The notes under the pieces: model-generated
The model's database searches: none
Told to the model about the DNA's origin: nothing
Seen by the model: only the letters and a program-made list of their open reading frames with translations
From: a virus
Lineage: Duplodnaviria; Caudoviricetes
DNA: 27,833 bases
Strand: one strand, 5' to 3'
IMG/VR virus record: IMGVR_UViG_3300008116_004251
Span: 1-27,833 of that record
Shown: positions 19,682 to 27,833 of the stretch, piece after piece
How the letters are laid out: every line of letters begins with the position of its first letter
Numbering within the stretch: position 1 is the first letter of the stretch
Program-made: the position numbers and the translations under genes

Positions 19682-21403
19682 TTATCTCGGTACTATGTCA
19701 AATGTTTCTCTGGGTGGCACTCTACCAACACAATCAACAACAGAAATTACCTCTGTTCCTGGTGCAACATCACCAAGGATTGATATTTGTTCTACAGGAA
19801 TTGCCCTAAGAACTGGTATTAATCTTGCATTATAACCTGTAGGTGAATTTATGACAATCTCTGGCAGATCTACAAATCCAACTCCAGGTTTTACCACTTC
19901 AATTTGAGATATCTCTCCTCTTTCATTTATAATTGGTTTTAATACTGCACCATTATCAGGAACTACTTGTAAAGTATCTCCTGGTTGATAACCAAAACCA
20001 GGATCCTCAACATATATTTCGTCAATTGCAGTAACGACAGAGTATGTTAAGTTTGGTGCTGGTGCAGGTGGTTTAGAACTAAAGAAAGTATCACCTGGTG
20101 CTAAAGGTGGTTCTATACAATCGGGAACTACATAATAGTCTCCATTTGCTTTTTTGACATAGCATTCATTCGACTCCTTCCAAACAAATCCATTTCCACC
20201 TAAAGACCCATCTGGTGCAGGAAGATATCCATCACCAGGAGCAGTTACAACAATATTTTTTATTTCAAGACCACCTTTTGCAGGATCTCCTCCACTATAT
20301 GGCCTAGTCTGAACGACTATCGCACCACCAGACCCAGTTCCACACTCATCTACAATATTTGCAAAGGGTGGATTGAGATAATTGAAACCGCGACTCACAA
20401 TATCAAATCCAATAATCGAATTGGAATTGGGACTAATTATTGCATTAGCCATAGCACCGATTCCCATCCCACCAAAAAATTGAATTCTTGGTGGACCGCA
20501 TAGTTGTGGATTAGTCGGACATGCTGGAGCACTATCAGATGCAGATAAAAATCTAGTGAATGGGTTTTTACCTACAGGATCTCCACCTTGAGGGTTGTTC
20601 TGACCCGCTCCAGATAAAGTTGTTTCTTGAACTGAAGGACATGCTTTGTCATCATCACACTTAAAGAAATTTAAAATACCAGTAACATAATCTAGTGCAT
20701 TGAATAGACTTGTTGCAAGATTTGCCGCTTTACCTAGACCAGAATCAATAAGTTTAACAGCAGACTTTATAGCCTTTTCAATTGGTTTTAAAATTTTCTT
20801 GACTAAGTTAGAAATAAAATTTTCAATCAAACACATTGGTCCGTTGAGAAACTTATCTAACATCTGTAGTAATAAATTGCCAACAGTTTTAGCAAGACCT
20901 CTTACAATTTTAGCGAAAGCACAAGAAATACCATTTATACCTTTATCCAACTTATCGATAAAGGATGGCATCTCTCCTGGAAACAAAAACGGTAATCTTT
21001 TTTTTGCCTCATCTTGCACTTTATTCATCACCCAACCACGAACATTTCCTAGAATGTTCTTAACATAACCAGAAATGTCAGTTGCTGCAAAATTAACCAA
21101 CTTCTTAATAGACTTTCCAGGTTCTTGATCTTCGCGGGTAAGTGCATCAACAGCAGAATTTACATTTGAAAATCTCTTTATTCTCTCCAAGTCTGTTTGT
21201 AAGTTTTTAATAGTTCTCTGAATACCTTTCATTGAACTATTGTCACTTTTGCAAGGACTTTGTATATGAACTACATTCCTAAGGTCAATATCTTGCTGCC
21301 AAGCAACTTTAGAGATCTCAGTAAAAGTCTGAGAATGTCTATGCGTCGTTGGCGACTGATCGACATCTTTAGTTTGAGGAGTTCCTGCGGGAAGTACTGT
21401 CAT
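19682..21403 (-). CDS. Baseplate hub/gp5-module protein (helical N-half, G.GY repeat C-half)
   Basis: 573 aa; repeated I.V..PG.GY modules; follows the gp5 OB-fold; no lysozyme motif seen. Confidence 0.6.
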   Translation of the reverse strand: MTVLPAGTPQTKDVDQSPTTHRHSQTFTEISKVAWQQDIDLRNVVHIQSPCKSDNSSMKGIQRTIKNLQTDLERIKRFSNVNSAVDALTREDQEPGKSIKKLVNFAATDISGYVKNILGNVRGWVMNKVQDEAKKRLPFLFPGEMPSFIDKLDKGINGISCAFAKIVRGLAKTVGNLLLQMLDKFLNGPMCLIENFISNLVKKILKPIEKAIKSAVKLIDSGLGKAANLATSLFNALDYVTGILNFFKCDDDKACPSVQETTLSGAGQNNPQGGDPVGKNPFTRFLSASDSAPACPTNPQLCGPPRIQFFGGMGIGAMANAIISPNSNSIIGFDIVSRGFNYLNPPFANIVDECGTGSGGAIVVQTRPYSGGDPAKGGLEIKNIVVTAPGDGYLPAPDGSLGGNGFVWKESNECYVKKANGDYYVVPDCIEPPLAPGDTFFSSKPPAPAPNLTYSVVTAIDEIYVEDPGFGYQPGDTLQVVPDNGAVLKPIINERGEISQIEVVKPGVGFVDLPEIVINSPTGYNARLIPVLRAIPVEQISILGDVAPGTEVISVVDCVGRVPPRETFDIVPR

Positions 21404-21408
21404 TTTTC

Positions 21409-22289
21409 TTATGTTCTAGTTCTTGCTCTCAATTCTGCTATGGTTAAATTATTTTGTGGTGTTACTTTATATTGATTACTTGCTGCCGAAGGTCTTTCAA
21501 TCTTTTTAATTGTTTGCAAATAGTCTGGAACAAAAGAACCTGTTTGTGAACTTGTCCCTTTATATGTATCATTAAAAAGTTGAAGACCACCATCATCACC
21601 AGAAGGTTGTTTTTTTGGAACAGTATTATTTGAATTAATCAATAACCCATCAATATAAGGTTCTTGACCTCCCATTCCATCAAGAAAAAATCCTGTTACT
21701 ATTGTTCCTGCTAATATTGCTGGAGTATCATAAGATCCGCCCAAACCAGAACCAGAAGTAACTGGCATCACAACATTAGCCATTGGCAGTTGTTCGTCAG
21801 GAAGATCTTGAGTATTTCCAGAATGTAATCCAAAATATCTTACGCGATATCTATATCCCCATCCTTTCTGATTCTTTGGATCAAAATGCGCTGCCTCGAT
21901 ATTATCTTGCCAAGAAACACTAGAAACTACTCTACCAAACCACCTGCTTGTTCTACAGCACTATTTAATGTTGAATCAGAGTCGCCATTACCGACACCAG
22001 AAGTAAATTGTCCTGAAATAGTTGGAGATCTTAAACAATCATTTGAAGAGAGTTTATTTACATCAGAAATTAAGAGTTCTCTTAGATAACCATTTCCATC
22101 TTGGAAATAAAATTTTTGTTGAGAATTTAATCCTGCAATACAATTTGCTTCACTTCTTGTAACATCACTGATCTTCTGCCCGTCTTTATCAAAAAAAGAC
22201 AACCTTATGGGGTCAACTGGATTCCCATTAAGTCCTTTTCTATTAACATTCTGTCTGTCGATGCAACTATCTCTATATTGATCTGCCAT
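21409..22289 (-). CDS. gp5-like N-terminal OB-fold protein, interrupted by a single-base frameshift near 21945
   Basis: The 21409-21783 frame extends upstream without a start as RWFGRVVSSVSWQDN...GWGYRYRVRYFGLHS...LPDEQLPMANVVMPV...GTIVTGFFLDG..GQEP (gp5 OB signature) and overlaps the end of ORF 21927-22289. Confidence 0.75.
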
Positions 22290-22504
22290 TAGTCATCATA
22301 AACTCTACATTCTAAAGCATCAGGATGGGCGTCACAATAAAGTTCTAGAGACGATGGATCATGGTCGTCATCTGGATGATTAACTTGATACTGCTCTAAT
22401 GCATCAAGTTCACCCTCTAAATGACGACGACGCTGACTACTTGTGTTTGGATTATCTAGTTCATCCCTGTCATTATTGATATGCTGTTGAAGTGATTTTT
22501 CCAT
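22289..22504 (-). CDS. cp12: Phage CP12 (Calvin cycle inhibitor, auxiliary metabolic gene)
   Basis: 71 aa, acidic; C-terminal LELYCDAHPDALECRVYDD is the CP12 C-x8-C motif. Confidence 0.9.
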   Translation of the reverse strand: MEKSLQQHINNDRDELDNPNTSSQRRRHLEGELDALEQYQVNHPDDDHDPSSLELYCDAHPDALECRVYDD

Positions 22505-22511
22505 TTTTTTA

Positions 22512-23837
22512 CTACGAAGGTTTTCTTCCTATAGATTCTCTCACTAAATTCATTCTCGTGAAGCAACCGTTTTTGGTTAAATGGTGACATACATCTACTA
22601 TCATATATATGCCACTTTTCTTCTGACTAACAACTGTATTTTTCTTAGATGATATTTCTGGAAAATCACACGCAACTAAGTCACCGGCTCTCAAACTCAT
22701 ATCACCCTTAACAGAAATAGAAAGTTTTATAGAGAATAGATTATTATATCTCATATAAGACTGTCTCAAAATCTCATCGTTACTATAGTTAATATAAGTT
22801 GATTTTGGAAGTTGTTCCTTTAAATTTTTTCCTGGAACAAGAAATCCTGGGTCATCCCACTTATAAGAAATCTTAGAAGTCTCTTGTTGAAGTTGAAGGT
22901 CTTTCGCAAGTTGTGGTTGTTCCTTTCCACCAGTATTCTTATCATTAAACTGTTTCTTAGAGTCAAAAGAGTTTTCTCTATACGCACTTTCAAAAGAATT
23001 TACTGCCTTCAATTTGGAGTTTAATTGGGATCCTGTGAGAAGAGTAGTTTTCAAATCTAAAGTACTATCAAAAGCATAATCTAAAATCTTTCCATCATAT
23101 CCTTGAGGTGGAGTTTTTTCTATTAAGTTATTAAATATAAACTTCTTCTTTGGTTTTTGTTCGAAGAGTTTATCAATAGATTTAAATTTGAACCCATCAT
23201 AAGTTTCATAAAAAAAGAATCCAGCAAGAACTCCTTTAGCACCAGGAGCATCTGGTGCAGACCTTGGAGCTAACCAAGTAGTTTTGTAAAAAGGTTTTTC
23301 TACATTCCCAATAAAACTTAACTTGTTTAAAGTAGTATCAATGTCTAGATTTTTTTGTGTCTTTAGAACATCTTTTAAAATCTTTTGAACTGAATCTGAT
23401 ATTTTACCGTCATATCTTTTCTTTACTCTACATTTCTCAAGTTCATTGTCAATTGATTCCTTAGAGAATAAATCCAAAACATACATCATTTTGTTAGTAC
23501 TTTCATCAATATTTCTAACTTCCTTAATTCTCATCTGCTTTGTACCAGTTAAATCTAAAGTGAATTGATTTCCATCAATAATCTTTAGATGAACTTTTTC
23601 GCCAGCAGTTAAGTTTAAGTCATCTTGTTCTACAGAAGCAGTTCCCTCTTTAGATTTTCTGAAACCAGTATCAATAATCATTGCTGTTGCTCTCACACTG
23701 TTATCGAGGATACTTTCATAGTACTCAAACTCAATACATCCACTAGAGATATCAGTAGGTTGATTGTAGTTTGAATGAACTTCGAATAATTTAATTTGAG
23801 CTTCACCTGCTTGTGCGGCAATGTTTGCTGCTGGCAT
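22512..23837 (-). CDS. Baseplate hub protein (T4 gp27-like)
   Basis: YYESILD N-terminus; FFFYET.DGF.FKSID.L; C-terminal V.GD.SLRAGDLV...SG.Y.I..VCH; upstream of gp5. Confidence 0.65.
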   Translation of the reverse strand: MPAANIAAQAGEAQIKLFEVHSNYNQPTDISSGCIEFEYYESILDNSVRATAMIIDTGFRKSKEGTASVEQDDLNLTAGEKVHLKIIDGNQFTLDLTGTKQMRIKEVRNIDESTNKMMYVLDLFSKESIDNELEKCRVKKRYDGKISDSVQKILKDVLKTQKNLDIDTTLNKLSFIGNVEKPFYKTTWLAPRSAPDAPGAKGVLAGFFFYETYDGFKFKSIDKLFEQKPKKKFIFNNLIEKTPPQGYDGKILDYAFDSTLDLKTTLLTGSQLNSKLKAVNSFESAYRENSFDSKKQFNDKNTGGKEQPQLAKDLQLQQETSKISYKWDDPGFLVPGKNLKEQLPKSTYINYSNDEILRQSYMRYNNLFSIKLSISVKGDMSLRAGDLVACDFPEISSKKNTVVSQKKSGIYMIVDVCHHLTKNGCFTRMNLVRESIGRKPS

Positions 23838-23838
23838 C

Positions 23839-26583
23839 TTATCCTCTGACTAAACTTTGCATATTACTACTATTTACACCACCGGCAACCATAAAGGTAG
23901 TTGCTCCACCAGAACGTTTTGATACTGGAATTGGAACAGACTCTTTAATAATGATTGGTTGAATCATGATTCTTGTGCCACCATCAGCATAAGAAGGATA
24001 TGATGTGAGAGACACTGATTTATTCTTTGGAGTTTGTTTTGGAATATAACCACCACCTTGATAACTCAAATCAACATCAGTAAGGTCTTGACCCCCCAAA
24101 GCATCTCTTGCAGATTTATTCAAGTCAATAATTCTACCCGCTTTAAATGGTCCACGGTCATTAATTCTAACTTGAATACTTTTCCCATTTGATTTATTTG
24201 TAACAGTTACTTTTGTACCAAAGGGTAATGTTGGGTGAGCTGCAGTATATTCAGTATCTCCCTTACGAAATGTCTCCCCATTTGCAGTCTTATTACCATA
24301 AAAACCTGGGCCATACCAAGAAGCAATTCCAGTTTGCTTAACTGGTTTATTTGCACCAGGTCTATCAAACAATGAAGGTAATTGACCGGGTTTTGTTTTT
24401 ACTGGTTGAACTTTATCGATACCCAATACTCTTCTCACTTGAGCAGAACCATTATATTGTGCTTGTGTTATAGGAGAACCTGGTGCTCCTCCCCATTGAT
24501 GACCGGGAACATCAATTGCTTGATTGGAACCGTGATATCCCGGATCACCAATTCTATCAAGATATTCACTTCCTGTCTGAATACCTGCTGCCAATAAAGC
24601 CTTTTTTGCATTATCCTTATCCTTTGGAGTAGCAAAAGCAATATGATCGTGGTAATTAAATGGAGTTCCATGTCCATCATAATCATAGTTTGATGGATAA
24701 TTTTTATCGCCAGTAATATATTCAATTGCATTGAAATATCCTGGAGAAGCAGGTTTCCATGAACCACTGTAATTTGTTTTGGGTGGAGGAGGTTCATAAG
24801 AAAACAATGAAGATGGAATATTTTTCCCCCCTCTGACAGAAATTTGTTTTTGAACTTCTCTAATTGACTCATTTACTCTCTGCTTGATACTTGTACCAAT
24901 AATTTTGATTGGATCGCCATCAGCACGAGATGATGGAGTAAAGGTTCTAGAAACTTGCCCCCCAGTTGCCATTGTAGGAACTTGATTTTGAATGGCAAAA
25001 ACACCTTGAGAAGTTTTGTTCGAAATACTTCTAAAGGTATCAAATAAATTCTCAAGACCAAAACTTATACTCTTGAAAGTATTTTCATCTGTCTTTTGTC
25101 CCAATGCAACATCAACCGCTGAACCCATTAATGTGCCGATACCATAAGGAATATCCTTTAGGATCGCAGCTATATTAGTTAATGCCTTATATGGATTTGG
25201 TTTATCTTTTTGTTTTTTCCATTGCTCTTCATAATCTGCATATGTTCCAGCACCTCCAGCTAAATTCCATTCAGCAACACTCATTTTGTACGAGGGGTCT
25301 GGAAATAGTTTTCTTATATTTTTCTTTCCACCAACATCTTTTCCGGGTTGTGTTACTTTAGGTGGAATGTATGGTTTTTTGGATTTTTTAGTTGTTAGAG
25401 TTCTTCCACTAGCACCCAAAACTTGACCGCCCTTTGCATAACGTCGGATAACTTTTCCACCACGACGTTGAGTTTGAACTGGGGTTCCAGGAGCCTTATT
25501 TGCAAAAAGAACATCGTATAATTTTCCAGCAAGTTCTGCACCAGCATAACCACCAATAAAAGTTCCAAACCCAGGCATAATTAAAGAACCAACAGCACCA
25601 AGAAGTAGAGTTCCAACTCCTCGGAATGCTGCTTTGCCAGGGTTATCTCCAAGAGCCCAAGAAAGACCAAACTCAACTAGTGCTCCGACAATAGGTAATC
25701 TAGATAGAGGACCTTTTGCAAGTCTCAATAGTTGACGTGTTGCTTGCTTTCCAATGACTGCTCTAGATGCCTTTATCGAAGCCGCCTGTACTGGTCTAAC
25801 TACTCTTTGTACTGGACCTCTCTGTGGAACTGGTCCTCTAGGAGTTCCTTGTGGAGTTGGTTTTGGTGGTTTATATTTTCTTGCATTATTTGCAAAGGTA
25901 TTAATAGCACCTGTGAGTGCCATTCCCCCAATTAGAACATAGTTAATATACTCATTTAACTTTCCAGATATCTTATCAAATTCACCCTGCGCCTTTTCGC
26001 CACCAACCGTTTTTACAAGACCACGTATCTTATCGTAAGTTTGATATCCACGGTCTATAAAGTTTACAACACTCTCCAGAATAAACTTGAATACATTTTC
26101 AACAACACCTGCTATTGGTGTAATGATTTTAATAATTCCAGTTAATTTGGGGAGTTGATCTTGGAATTTTGTAAACAACCATCCAAGAGCGGTAAAGAAT
26201 AAGAATCTCTTAATTCTATCCAAGAAACTCATTCCAGGAAGAGAAACTTTTGGAAGATTAAACTTCTTAGATTCTTTAGGAGTTTCTAATTTCGTTTCTC
26301 TTTGTTCGTTTTCTTCTTGCTCTTTTCGAATTCTCTTTGTTCTTTCTGTTTTTTGGTCTTCAGTTAATACAGATTTCAAAAGACCATCAATATCAATTAA
26401 AGATTTTTTTACAATACTTACGTTGTCTTCACTACGTCGAATTGATAGGGCAGTTAATTTTTTTGTATCAATATTCTTCTTATTGATTACAAGTGATGAT
26501 GAAATTTTACTTGCATCAATTTTTGCAATTGCGGATGTCTTTGCTGCAGGTAATAACTTCTGAACGTTAATAGCCATCGTCAA
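23839..26583 (-). CDS. Tape-measure/hub-like virion protein with RlpA (DPBB) lytic transglycosylase-like domain and M15-like peptidase segment
   Basis: Coiled-coil N-terminus, Gly/Ala-rich hydrophobic helices; GIASWYGPGFYGNKTANGE...TAAHPTLPFGT.V.VTN...V.INDRGPF..GRIIDL (RlpA signature, ~24060-24335). Confidence 0.8.
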   Translation of the reverse strand: MTMAINVQKLLPAAKTSAIAKIDASKISSSLVINKKNIDTKKLTALSIRRSEDNVSIVKKSLIDIDGLLKSVLTEDQKTERTKRIRKEQEENEQRETKLETPKESKKFNLPKVSLPGMSFLDRIKRFLFFTALGWLFTKFQDQLPKLTGIIKIITPIAGVVENVFKFILESVVNFIDRGYQTYDKIRGLVKTVGGEKAQGEFDKISGKLNEYINYVLIGGMALTGAINTFANNARKYKPPKPTPQGTPRGPVPQRGPVQRVVRPVQAASIKASRAVIGKQATRQLLRLAKGPLSRLPIVGALVEFGLSWALGDNPGKAAFRGVGTLLLGAVGSLIMPGFGTFIGGYAGAELAGKLYDVLFANKAPGTPVQTQRRGGKVIRRYAKGGQVLGASGRTLTTKKSKKPYIPPKVTQPGKDVGGKKNIRKLFPDPSYKMSVAEWNLAGGAGTYADYEEQWKKQKDKPNPYKALTNIAAILKDIPYGIGTLMGSAVDVALGQKTDENTFKSISFGLENLFDTFRSISNKTSQGVFAIQNQVPTMATGGQVSRTFTPSSRADGDPIKIIGTSIKQRVNESIREVQKQISVRGGKNIPSSLFSYEPPPPKTNYSGSWKPASPGYFNAIEYITGDKNYPSNYDYDGHGTPFNYHDHIAFATPKDKDNAKKALLAAGIQTGSEYLDRIGDPGYHGSNQAIDVPGHQWGGAPGSPITQAQYNGSAQVRRVLGIDKVQPVKTKPGQLPSLFDRPGANKPVKQTGIASWYGPGFYGNKTANGETFRKGDTEYTAAHPTLPFGTKVTVTNKSNGKSIQVRINDRGPFKAGRIIDLNKSARDALGGQDLTDVDLSYQGGGYIPKQTPKNKSVSLTSYPSYADGGTRIMIQPIIIKESVPIPVSKRSGGATTFMVAGGVNSSNMQSLVRG
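23871..23877 (-). promoter_or_regulatory. Possible late promoter (GTAAATA) for the hub gene
   Basis: About 35 nt upstream of the ATG at 23837, within the end of the previous gene. Confidence 0.35.
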
Positions 26584-27833
26584 GCAATCCCGTAAATACT
26601 AGCATTAGTAGACCTATCAAAACTTCCACTAGAAGAAGTTGCTGAGAATGTTGGAACTTTAGAACCTGCAGCAGCACTACCACCACCTTTCATTCCAGAC
26701 GATTGTACTATTGGTGGTAGAGTTACAACATTTTGAGAACCATCTCTTGTCAATGGTTTTATCTGTGGAATATTCTTTGTCCTGTAACCAAGTTTAGCTG
26801 CATTTGAGTCACTGTCAGTCATTGCAACTAATTTATCAATGAGAGAAGTTCCAAGACGATTTACAGTATTAACAGGAAGAACATACTCTCCAGGTTGAGC
26901 GAAAATGGCTTGTCTATCTGCTGTTGCTCCACGAATATCCATTCCAGTATTCTCTTTAATCAATCCACCACCCATACGCTGCATAGGTCTAGGACCTTTA
27001 TATCCAGGTGCATTATAATATGCATTAGGTCCAGTAAGTTGACTATATGATGATGTTCCTTCCGGAAATAACATATCACTGATGACAGGAGCATTTAATA
27101 ATCCACTGCCACGGGAAAGCGTTCTTCCAAATCCCATGCCAGTTCTCTGTGCTACTCCACTTGTTAACTGAGAACGAAGTCTATTTGCAAGAGGACTATT
27201 TGAATACCTACCAGAAAGTAATCTATCTGCCAAAACCTTTCCCTTATCAAATGTAGACGGATTTACAACAGATTGTGGTTCAATAATGTTTATACCTCTT
27301 GCACCTCCAGGAACTATTGTCTTAACTACACCACCAGGAACTTGAGTTCCACCCAGAGACCCTGCAGAACCAGCATATCGTTGAGCTCCTTTTAACGTAG
27401 GTGCAGAGTATGCACCTCTACCAAGTATTTGTGGTTTCCATCCTCCAAGTCTAAACTTATCACCCCCCATAATGGCTTCAAATCCCTGTTTTGCCATACC
27501 AGTAAATCCAGCCTGGACTCCTCTTGTACTGAGTCCTCTAGGTCTATTGAATAGACTCATCAACCCACCAACGATTCCCCCAGTATTAAAGAATCTACCA
27601 AACTTAGGTTGGTTAGCACCTGAACCACCATAATGTCTGTTTAGACTTAAAAATGTATCCGCACCAACAGCATCTACAGTTTTCTTATTAATAACAACCT
27701 CTCCAGGCATTGCTGCAATCAATTGAGTATCAGGACCAAATCCAGATATTCGTTGTCCTGTAGTATTGTCTATACCAGAATATCCATCAAGCACAGAACC
27801 ACCACGAGCAGCACCTTGAAGAAGACCATATGG
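26580..27833 (-). CDS. Tape-measure-like virion protein, 3' part (start lies outside the window)
   Basis: Frame open to the window edge (PYGLLQGAARGGSVLDG...); two copies of G..I.G...D.Q.I.A.PGE.V......V...G motif; stop overlaps the next start. Confidence 0.7.
   Translation of the reverse strand, partial: PYGLLQGAARGGSVLDGYSGIDNTTGQRISGFGPDTQLIAAMPGEVVINKKTVDAVGADTFLSLNRHYGGSGANQPKFGRFFNTGGIVGGLMSLFNRPRGLSTRGVQAGFTGMAKQGFEAIMGGDKFRLGGWKPQILGRGAYSAPTLKGAQRYAGSAGSLGGTQVPGGVVKTIVPGGARGINIIEPQSVVNPSTFDKGKVLADRLLSGRYSNSPLANRLRSQLTSGVAQRTGMGFGRTLSRGSGLLNAPVISDMLFPEGTSSYSQLTGPNAYYNAPGYKGPRPMQRMGGGLIKENTGMDIRGATADRQAIFAQPGEYVLPVNTVNRLGTSLIDKLVAMTDSDSNAAKLGYRTKNIPQIKPLTRDGSQNVVTLPPIVQSSGMKGGGSAAAGSKVPTFSATSSSGSFDRSTNASIYGIA

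Noticed and set aside
1-27833. Stop-codon reassignment or introns/inteins explaining the broken genes
   Set aside because: Long ORFs are intact under the standard code, breaks are single-base frame changes, tRNA anticodons are sense, and no intron, homing endonuclease or intein motifs were seen

Overview
Segment of an AT-rich T4-like cyanophage (cyanomyovirus, Kyanoviridae-like) genome. The assignment rests on a phage-type CP12, (C/A)TAAATA late promoters, a gp5-type OB-fold and tRNAs. Almost all genes are on the minus strand. In transcription order (right to left): two tape-measure/hub-like virion proteins carrying enzymatic-looking cargo domains (a PARP/ART-like segment; an apparently circularly permuted M15-type Zn peptidase plus an RlpA DPBB domain), a gp27-like hub, CP12, a gp5-like module split over several ORFs, a block of small ORFs with tRNA-Leu(TAA) and tRNA-Thr(TGT), a Mom-like DNA-modification gene whose 3' end contains a consensus sigma70 promoter pointing at a nearby terminator (candidate ~65-nt sRNA), three large fibre/structural proteins (the last with a Thr-rich collagen and an S74 chaperone), and a cassette of two 7-bladed RCC1 propellers, a DUF4376-like protein and a truncated TPR protein. 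Two single-base frameshifts (~10939, ~21945) look like homopolymer indels. All family calls come from motif recognition by eye; no searches were run.
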